Source: Eledone cirrhosa (lineage: Eukaryota). From it: a DNA stretch of 64,000 nucleotides. A program made the translations under genes and the position numbers. Of this stretch, positions 54,522 to 64,000 are shown one piece after another; the stretch's first letter is position 1, and the number at the start of each line of letters is the position of its first letter. The notes beneath the pieces are model-generated. The model searched no databases. It saw nothing but the letters and a program-made list of their open reading frames with translations, and was not told the DNA's origin. The stretch covers positions 170,128,001-170,192,000 of the forward strand of contig OZ024741.1 of the NCBI GenBank assembly GCA_964016885.1. The letters run 5' to 3'.

Positions 54522-55014
54522 AGTTGACACGGCGCTTTTCTGCGAACATAGCTATGTGGAATTGTGTGTCTTTCGCAATGTAGATATGAAATGATATGCA
54601 CTCGCACCAACATATTTTGTCTTGCGGTTTATTTACTTAATTGACGTTTATTCTCTACAACATGGTGACAGCTAGCTTAATTAAACTAAGGTGGAATATG
54701 AACCAGTAATAAACAGAAATATGATTGAAAGATCGCAGCGCAGTTCGAGCAAATTTCCATATCTTTAAAAAACAAAAACAACGTATTTTTTACCGCCTCC
54801 TCGTTACTCCACAGTGTCTATCCTGTAGCGCGCAGTGGAGAAAATCACTCATAATTAAAGGGCAAAGTTTCCATTTTCGCTGGCGAATGCTACGTACTTG
54901 GAACGACATATTTGATTTGGTAGTGCATCTACTACAATACTTATATTGACCGAAATAGCCAAATTCCCGTGCGGATACACGTACAGAAATAACACAAAAA
55001 CGCCCAGAAGTTCT

Positions 55015-55665
55015 TGCTTTCTTCGTAATCCCGCTGCATTTTAAGTTACCTTAAATAGTAACTACACAACCATTTCTATTCTCCATATATTTCATGTTCT
55101 TCGCTGTGACCATTCTTCTCTCCCCTTCTACCTACCTATTTCGCCACTTTCTACTCTCACCCCTCTTTCTTCCTCTCCCTTTCTCCCTATATACTCTTAC
55201 CCCACTTTCTTCCTCTCCCTTTCTCCCTCTCACTTTCACCCCCTCGTCTGACGGTTTAACAGTTCTCTTCTCACTTACAACTGCGGCGATCAGACGTGTG
55301 ACTTGTTTCCCTCGATTACTCGGTTTTGAACTTAAGTTCTTTTTATCGAGTGGTCTTGGATTTCCTACCTATAGTTGCTCGCACATTGCTCGGCTTGTGT
55401 TTTTTTTTCGCTGTTTTGTATTTGTTTCTCTTTTCTTCCCCTTTGCTTTCCTTCCCTCCTTTATTCGTTTCACTAATAACTTATCCAGTTATTGACGCTC
55501 TGGGGTAAAGTGGTATCTTGTCTTTAAAGCGTAGAAATATCCTAGACCCCCAATAGACAACAGATGAGACCCCCGCCCCTGTTTTTGTTTTCTTCGTATT
55601 CCCACTTCATTTTAAGTTACCTTAAATAGTAACTACACAGCCATTGCTATTCTCCATATATTTCA
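55015..55665 (+). mobile_element. Non-coding element with ~80-bp direct terminal repeats and pyrimidine-rich core; relative at 56059-56460 (minus)
   Basis: 55015-55095 repeats at 55586-55665. Confidence 0.65.
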
Positions 55666-55681
55666 TTATATATATATGTAT

Positions 55682-55765
55682 ATACAGGGTGTCCCCAAAG
55701 AACGTATGCACATATTTATAAGAATGCAGTTGAAGTTTGTATACATTTGTTGCGGACAGCCTATA
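55682..55765. mobile_element. ~80-bp Tc1/mariner-type MITE; partial copy at 20644-20705
   Basis: TA-cagggtgtcccc...gcggacagcct-ATA. Confidence 0.6.
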
Positions 55766-55780
55766 TGTATATATATATAT

Positions 55781-55991
55781 AACAAAGAAGGCGTGTTAAG
55801 ATACCAGGTGGACCATAACGCACCAGAGTATTTGATAATTAGGGTAGTAGAGTGGGTAAAAGGGAGAAGAGCTAGGACCCTGACCGCTGAGCTTCGGCCG
55901 TTTCGACAGCAAGATCCGAACTTTCGACAACTAGATCCGATCGAGCTGTCGAAACGGCTGGAGCTCAGCCGTTGAGGTCCTGACACTTTTC

Positions 55992-55995
<4 letters not shown>
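55781..55995. mobile_element. Family B short fold-back
   Basis: Tail plus inverted arms with a duplicated junction. Confidence 0.85.
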
Positions 55996-56059
<64 letters not shown>

Positions 56060-56679
56060 CTTAAAATGGAGTGAGAATAAGAAGAAAGGAAGAACGGGAG
56101 GGGGTGAGTTTTCCTCATCAGTTGTCTACTGGGGGTCTTGGATATTTCCACGCTTTAAAGACAAGATATCTACCGTCTAGAGCGTTAAATAACTGGATAA
56201 GTTATTGGGAAAACGGAGGAGGGAGAGAAGGAAAATAGAAGGGAAAAGGGAAGAAAAGAGAAAACAGCGAAAAAAAAAACAACAACAACGTACGACGAAT
56301 GTGCAAGAAACTTAAGGTAAGAAAATCCAAGACCACAACGATAAGAGAACTTAAATTCAAGAGCGTGTGGGCGAGCGAAAAGAGACACGTCTGACCCCAG
56401 CGAGTTATAAGTGAGAAAAGGACTACTAGAGGGTCAGGCGAGGGAAACAATGTGGTGGACACTACGGCTTAATACGGGATGTTTGTTTACAAACACACCG
56501 AGCATTATAATAAATGTTCGGTGAATCCATACGTACATATATATATATGTGTGCATGTATGTATATATATATACATGCTAGTGTACGTCTGCATACATAT
56601 ATGTATGTACGTGTACATACCTATATTTAAGTAACAGCCGTACTAAGAGTGGGAAATTAAATTTCGTTTCATTTTTTCC

Positions 56680-56720
<41 letters not shown>

Positions 56721-56724
<4 letters not shown>

Positions 56725-56905
56725 GTATGTATGTGTGTGTGTGTGTGTATTCGTATATAGCCTAATGCACAAGAAAATATTGTTTGTAAATGTTGAATAC
56801 TCAGACATAAAGGCAATATATAATACATAAATAAGAAGAAAGAAAACATAACGTATAGACCAAAACAAGAAACAATATATACTATACATACCCACACACC
56901 AACCC

Positions 56906-56966
<61 letters not shown>

Positions 56967-57212
56967 TATATGGGGGGTACGTGTGTGGGTATGTATAGTA
57001 TATATTGTTTCTTATATTTATATATATATGGGGGGTAGGTGTGTGGGTATGTATAGTATATATTGTTTCTTGTTTTGGTCTATACGTTATGTTTTCTTTC
57101 TTCTTATCTATGTATTATATATTGCCTTTATGTCTGACTATTCAACATTTACAAACAATATTTTCTTGTGCATTAGGCTATATACGAATACCCACACACA
57201 CACACATACATA

Positions 57213-57213
<1 letters not shown>
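56721..57213. repeat. ~190-bp inverted repeat centred on (TA)n, with an extra partial arm at 56971-57013
   Basis: 56721-56908 versus 57029-57213. Confidence 0.9.
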
Positions 57214-57256
<43 letters not shown>

Positions 57257-57257
57257 G

Positions 57258-57290
<33 letters not shown>

Positions 57291-57298
<8 letters not shown>

Positions 57299-58040
57299 CG
57301 TAAAATAAGAAAATTATAAAATTAACTTACTAAAATTTCACTCCCAACTAATTAGTTTCTGAAATGAAATAAATATACTTTCCGAAGAAAACATTGAGAA
57401 GCATTTCGTCGTCAGGGAAGACTATTCTCAGCTAAGTATCCAGGCAAAGCGTGAACTTTGGAAACTTATACAAAAATAATTCAGTGGATAGAAAATAGCA
57501 AAGCGTGGACTGAATTCCTAGCCCCCATTGAGAAAATCACTGCCTCTGCGTCGGTGGGAAATTCAAAAAGAATCAATCACGTGACATCGAGGTCAATCAG
57601 TGGAAAGTGGTTTGTTAATAAGACAGCGGCCTGCCTGCTACCATAGCAGCAGTCTTGGCCAAATTTTTGAATTTGCCACCGACGCAGAGGCAGTGATTTT
57701 CTCAATGGCTAGGAATTCAGTCCACGCTTTGCTATTTCTATCCACTGAATTATTTTTGTATAAGTTTCCAGAGTCCACGCTTTGCCTGGATACTTAGATG
57801 AGAATAGTCTTCCCTAACGACGAAATGCTTTTCTATATTTTCTTCGGAAAGTATATTTATTCCATTTCAGAAACTAATTAGTTGGGAGTGAAATTTTAGT
57901 AAGTAAGTTAATTTTATAATTTTCTTATTTTACGTCTCTCATATTATTGTTCTGCAACCCCATGCATTGAACCACAAAGTTACTAAGACAAAACCTATAT
58001 ATTTGCTAGCATTGATATGCATCTGTATGTATATATATGT
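57291..58040. mobile_element. Family C fold-back, third subfamily
   Basis: Arms about 57291-57567 / 57665-57942, tail to 58040. Confidence 0.85.
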
Positions 58041-58055
58041 TACTAGATATTAATT

Positions 58056-58090
<35 letters not shown>

Positions 58091-58166
58091 TATATATAAT
58101 CAAGGTTTAGCAAATAAGAAAAGTTTCAAAATAAATTTCAAAAAGTTCACTGTACTTACTATCGTT

Positions 58167-58253
58167 ACCTTTACCGAATCAGTTTCGAGTCTCAAAAATA
58201 AATGGATAGTCCTTGCAGGCTTCCATTGAAAAGTTAAACTCTCGTCAGAAGGT
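58167..58253 (-). ncRNA. Type I hammerhead ribozyme in element 58100-58360
   Basis: acctt-CTGACGA-gagttt..agactc-GAAA-ctgattcgg-TA-aaggt. Confidence 0.8.
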
Positions 58254-58387
58254 TCTTTTCACTCGGAGAATATAAAATTCCCGAGTTCAAATTACGAACT
58301 GGCGCTATTCAAAATTGTTCCAGAGATGAGAATGAATGATGTGGAAGCAATTCTGTCCGTATATATATCTATATATATATATGTATG

Positions 58388-58728
58388 TAGAAAAAGAGAT
58401 GAAATCTAAAATGCAACTGGAGTCTTATTTTTTTTAAAAATATATATATTTATTTGGTTCCTTTACCGGTTTCGCAGTTCTTCTGCTTTTCAAAAGGTGA
58501 GTTGAGATGGAGGGTCTGTGGTTTTTCTCCACAGACCCTCCATCTCAACTCACCTTTTGAAAAGCAGAAGAACTGCGAAACCGGTAAAGGAACCAAATAA
58601 ATATATATATTTTAAAAAAAAATAAGGCTCCAGTTGCATTTTCGATTTCATCTCTTTTTCTTTATACTTTCACTCGTGTAGGACACCTCGGTTATTTTTC
58701 ATTTTGTAAAAAAACCCTCACTTTCTAA
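58388..58728. mobile_element. Family E mini fold-back (arms 58388-58520 / 58530-58662, tail to 58728)
   Basis: Reverse-complement arms; HHR in both. Confidence 0.85.
58553..58590 (+). ncRNA. Minimal hammerhead, U3-A8 variant
   Basis: cctt-TTGAAAA-gcag aagaa ctgc-GAAA-ccgg-TA-aagg. Confidence 0.8.
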
Positions 58729-58734
58729 TATATG

Positions 58735-58787
<53 letters not shown>

Positions 58788-58789
<2 letters not shown>

Positions 58790-60347
58790 CGAAGGAGTTG
58801 AGGTAAGGAACCAGATGGACCATAACGCACCAGAGTATTCAATACTTAGGGTTAGTAGAGTGGGTAATAGAACAATGTATGACCACAACGGCAGAGCTCA
58901 AGCCGTTTCGACGGCTATTTCTGGACTAAATTAGAATGTTTAGCGTCGTAAATAAATAGCCGAACTTTTCAAGGGGTAATTCCTTATATGGGAAAGTTGT
59001 AGTTGTCAAGAGGATTGGTCAAAATTTCTTGTAAACACAATTAAGTCTATCATGGCAGTGGGTGTGTGGTGGGGGTGGCTGAAATTGCCAGTAGAACAAT
59101 GAGGGAGTGGGTGGAGCCGGTCAAGCGTTGACAGTGAAATCTATACACCAAATTCTAAGGATTGTGTATGAAAGTAGGCCAGAGAAAGTAGGCGAAAAAG
59201 GGTTCTGGAGAAAATAGAGGCGGGACGTTATAGAATAGGTAAATGAATTGAGATTTGGAGACAATAAAAAAAATAATAGAAAGATATATAAAAATATAAA
59301 ATTGGATAGTAAGAAGTGATAAAAAACAAAAACTGTGGAGTCTAAAACAGCTCCTATAATTAGTTAGAGTTGCTTTTTCGGCCAATGCTATAGAATAGGT
59401 TAATAAGTTGAGAATAGAAGATACTAAATAAGAATTTTTGAAGGTATAGAATTGGGTAGTAAAAGTAATACAAAATCTCTGGGGTCTAACACAGCTGCTA
59501 TGATTAGTTAGTATTGCGTTTTCGGCCAATGCTATCTTTAATTTACTGGGGTGGGGGTAAGGAGGCTACGGAGGCCCAATGGGCTGCCTCGGGGTAGGCG
59601 AAAGGAGGAAAAAAGAAAGAGGAGGAAGATCGGGAATGGAAGGAAGTGATAGGGGGAGACAGAGGGAAGAAGAAAACAGAGAAGAAAAGAAAAGAGGTAC
59701 CTATGTAAGCTGGGGATTCCCCTATCTTATTCGGCAAGTGGGATGTTTCAGCCATTGTCTACTCACCCGGGTCGTTAGGGGGTTTGAGGGCGTGGTAAGT
59801 CCTACGTAATCGGTGTTTGCATGCAGTTACCAATTCGTCTTTTTTGTTTAGGAGTTGGTCCATCGTAAACAGAATTTGTAATGTTTCCTCAGGCGTCCTC
59901 CCGTGTAGGAGTTAGCTCTGGACAGTAAGCTCCAAGTAAGATTCTATGTTATGTTATTATCTTGGAGGTCCCAGATGTGGCCCGAAAGTGTAGTGGCATG
60001 TCGCCGGACCAGGTTTCGGAACGTATGTCGGTGTTGGTAGAGCCGGGTCTTAAAGTCACAAGCGGTTAATCTTATATAAGCTTTGTTGGAGGTGTCCGTC
60101 CTGACGTTGCACTAGTAGATCACGTTACGTCCTCGGCATCTGTTGTTGAGGGGGAACGTAGATTTATCAGAAGAGTTACACCTCCTGGAAAATTCTGACC
60201 GATCCTCTTGACAACTACAATCTTCCCATATGAGGAAGTACCCCTTGAAAAGTTCGGCTATTTATTTACCAGGCTAAAAATTCTAATTTAGTCCAGAAAT
60301 AGCGGTCGAAACGGCTTGAGCTCTGCCGTCGGGGTCATATATTTTCA
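58788..60347 (-). mobile_element. Family B parent: 5'-truncated Naiad-like PLE (GIY-YIG remnant 59800-60185) with inverted arm 60190-60347
   Basis: RCN..PLNNRCRGRNVIY*CNV..AYI.LT..FKTRLYQH..TTLSGHIWDL..LLNKKDELVTACKHR. Confidence 0.85.
60240..60335 (+). ncRNA. Type I hammerhead, U3-A8 variant with long stem II (mirror 58883-58977)
   Basis: acccc-TTGAAAA-gttcggctattt..aaatagc.gtc-GAA-ACGGC ttgagctct GCCGT-C-ggggt. Confidence 0.82.
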
Positions 60348-60371
60348 TATATATATATATGTGTGTGTGTG

Positions 60372-60983
60372 TCGGGTCACTATTAAGTGCTACTGGTAAC
60401 ATGTAACCCAGTACAACCTGTCGCATGGTCGGGTCGTCGGCGACTAAACCGACAACCCCACCAAGTTTACTTGGTGAGGAGGGTGATTTTGGACATCCTG
60501 CAGGACAAAAAACAATACCTGGCAAAGGGCGGAAGAACTCATAAGAGTCAACGGCCATCCGAAAGTGTGTAAATATGTATATACATGTACATATGTATGT
60601 ATATGTATATGTATATGTATATATACATGGGTGCATGTGTATGTATATGCGCGGGGTCATAGAAATAGTCAGGCTGGACACCCGATCGTGCGGTAAAACC
60701 TCTGAGAGTGAAGGACCCCTAGCCTTTATCAGGGCATTCTTCTAGAAGAAGGCAACTCAGGAAACTAGGATAACTTTGATATAAAACCTGCGGCTCAGTA
60801 ATTATCGATGAAGTTGATCTTTTCTTCTTTTCGGGTTATAGGTACTTTCGCTGAGAGAGTGGGATTGGCTCAGTGCACAGTCTTTCCTCACTTTAAAAAA
60901 TATCTTCACGGACAGGCATTGCACGATAGAATTAATTAATGATGGTATATCGTGCAATGGCCATACTCGATAAGGAGGGGGCA

Positions 60984-60990
<7 letters not shown>
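60372..60990 (+). mobile_element. ~600-bp non-coding repeat (same family as 19995-20607)
   Basis: Colinear similarity; interrupted by a simple repeat at 60570-60650. Confidence 0.7.
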
Positions 60991-61064
<74 letters not shown>

Positions 61065-61128
61065 CATATGTATATACACATATCTCTGCGTGAACATATA
61101 TATACACACACATACATACATGTATATG

Positions 61129-61350
<222 letters not shown>

Positions 61351-61657
61351 CAATCACAAGGATTTATTACGTGTGTGTATGGGTATTTATTTATATTAGG
61401 TTATTGAACAAGAATTCGGTCAGATTTAGAAGCAATGAAAATAATGATAAAAATGGAAATAAAAAAGTTTAATACAAATTGTATGAAAGCAGTTTAGATG
61501 TGGAGGCAAGATATGCATGAATTACATGGTGTGGGGTTTGATGTATGCGAATGGCTTTTGGAAGGGAAGTCAAAATGCGTATACATTTTAAGAGCGTCGT
61601 ATTGACTTGCTCGAAACACCAACGTATTTATATATACGTCATATCATTTAATCTTAA

Positions 61658-61735
<78 letters not shown>

Positions 61736-61764
61736 ATATATATATATGTATGTATATACATATA

Positions 61765-61917
<153 letters not shown>

Positions 61918-62349
61918 ATATAAATATATATATATATAGATATATATGTTTATTTTCATAATATAAGAAAACAGAAAGAAGAGAGGCAGAGAACATGACG
62001 AGAAGTTATTTATATAGTCAAAATAATGTCTTCATTATTCATACTCATAATTAATGATTTAATGATACTCCTTTTGAATGCTGCAATTCAAAAATGGCTG
62101 TTTGAACTGTATGTTTGCAAGTGTGTTATATCCTGGATAACTTTGGTTTAAACGGATCATAGATTTTGAGATGACCAAGTTGATAGGGTCGAGTTCAGAG
62201 ACAAATTGAGAATAATTTTGTTTTGTAAAATCCTAGGATTCGTGGGAGAAACTTATGGTCTGCTTCAACAAATATTAAAGCAGGGGAGAGTTCAAGGAAG
62301 GGATTTGCAAGTTAATTATGCGGTGAAAAATTACATCAAATGCTTGCAC

Positions 62350-62857
62350 ATAATTAAAATAATTGTTTCTACTTTTGGCACAAGGCCAGCAATTAACCAG
62401 TGTATTACTGGTACATTATTTTATCGACCCCGTAAGGATGAAAGGCAAAGTTAACCTCGGCGGGATTTGAACTCAGACCATGAAGTACATAATTAAAATA
62501 ATTGTTTCTACTTTAGGCACAAGGCCAGCAATTATCCAGTGCATTACTGGTACTTTATTTTATCGACCCCGTAAGGATGAAAGGCAAAGTTAACCTCGGC
62601 GGGATTTGAACTCAGACCGTAAAGGGACATAACTATGCTGGAAAGCATGGTGTCCGACTCTCTACCGATACTGCCAATCTACCGATTTATGTAATTAAAA
62701 TAATTGTTTCTACTTTTGGCACAAGGCCAGTAATTACCCAGTGCATTACTGGTACTTTATTTTATCGACCCCGTAAGGATGAAAGGCAAAGTTAACCTCG
62801 GCGGGAATTGAACTCAGAAATGGCAAGGGCCGTAACTCTATGCGTCAAAGCATGGCG
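62350..62857 (-). mobile_element. Three head-to-tail tRNA-derived SINEs
   Basis: Each begins taattaaaataattgtttctactt; B box GTTCAAATCC on minus. Confidence 0.88.
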
Positions 62858-63350
62858 TGTGTGAGCGATACATAATGAGTGTGAGCGATACATAATGAGA
62901 GAAAAAATTAAAGAGTGTGTTTTAGTAGAGAGGGCCAAAGTTATGTGCAAGATTAGGATTAAATAAGGGGGTAAGTGATCGTGAAGTTGGTACGAATTCT
63001 ATCATTGTCTACTGCAAGTCCGTTCCGTTCAATGTGATCTCGTTATATAACTTTAATAGATTTTTGTCAGTTGGGATAGTGCGAAACATCTAACTTTAGC
63101 TCATTTATAATGACACACTCTGAAATCCAATTCCATGTTCAAGTTTTACCTATCTGAATGTCTAACCGTTAGACATTTAGATAGTTAAAACTCTAACGCA
63201 TCAATCTTACCAGATTCGGAAGATCTTCAATGATTGCGTGTAATGTTCTGCCACTTCCTTTGAATATCTTATAAAACAAAATAACTGAGTGAGTTTTGTT
63301 ATTCAACACTCTAAACAACTTTATGACAAAGAATATTTTAATTTTATACA

Positions 63351-63390
<40 letters not shown>

Positions 63391-63656
63391 GGAGAGAGAG
63401 AGAGAGAGTGAGAGAGAGGGCGAGAGAGAGAGAGAGAAGAGTTAGAGATGGCAGAGAGAGAGAGAGAGAAGAGTTAGAGATGGCAGAGAGAGTGAGAGTG
63501 AGACAAAAATGAAGCCGGGACGAATACGGCAAATTTTTCTATAAGATACTGCTAATGATTTTGATAATACACCGCTTTTGTACGTTAATAAGTGTGTATA
63601 TATTTATCTACATATGTGCGAATATATTTCTCTACATAGATGTTTTTATACATATA

Positions 63657-64000
63657 TAACTTTGATAACTTTGATAGGTTTCGGCCAGTGTTGGCCCTGG
63701 CCATGTCTAACTTAATAGCACCACCTGGTGAAGTCTTTCAAATCAGGATTTGGGCACCATGGCCCACTCAAGTAGAGAGTTATTGTTTACTGAGGCATAT
63801 TCGGGTGTAGGAAGTTTATCCGGGAATTCTTGAAGGAATTGGCCCAAAGACTTCTTGAACTTTTAATGTGTTTTGGTGTAATGTTAAAGAGAGCAGGGCC
63901 AATTGAGGTGAAATGATTGTGCCGTATTGTTGTTATGAGATGCGAGTGAGATTTTTGTCGTGGGCGGATAGCACGGGGCCCAAGCTTTGGGCGTACCTTA
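63657..64000 (-). mobile_element. 3' end of a CR1/L2-group LINE
   Basis: FTSIGPALFNITPKHIK, FKKSLGQFLQEFPD.., NSLLEW; short tandem tail (tatcaaagt)2. Confidence 0.7.

Noticed and set aside
60372-60495. Twister or HDV-like ribozyme call
   Set aside because: Required pairings could not be assembled consistently in both copies.
62350-62857. tRNA genes or CRISPR-like array
   Set aside because: A/B boxes belong to SINE heads without a cloverleaf; the repeats are ~130-200-bp SINE bodies, not repeat-spacer units.

Overview
Eukaryotic, AT-rich, microsatellite-saturated DNA, most likely cephalopod (octopus-like SINEs; inference). No host gene could be supported. Nearly all non-microsatellite sequence is mobile DNA, dominated by Penelope-like retroelements (PLEs; RT + GIY-YIG) flanked by (TA)n. 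These comprise one apparently intact Naiad-like element (ORF 46622-49081), a frameshifted twin on the minus strand, a near-complete second PLE family (10101-14410) and many 5'-truncated copies. Reading by eye shows roughly 15 distinct hammerhead-ribozyme (HHR) sequence families, including U3-A8 and U4C core variants and one family with stem-II covariation. The most interesting signal is a coherent system. Non-coding HHR-bearing ~200-550 nt units (retrozyme-like) and PLE ends are repeatedly inserted as head-to-head fold-backs whose two outward ends are both element 3' ends, at family-specific 'long' and 'short' positions. In two families an arm starts at or within 2 nt of the predicted HHR cleavage site, and one nested site suggests (TA)n may be created on insertion. 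Also present: a Dong/R4-like LINE in (TAA)n, RTE and CR1-group remnants, a solo LTR, Tc1/mariner-type MITEs and tRNA-derived SINEs. Most ORFs in the supplied track are microsatellite artefacts. All structures were folded and aligned by eye.
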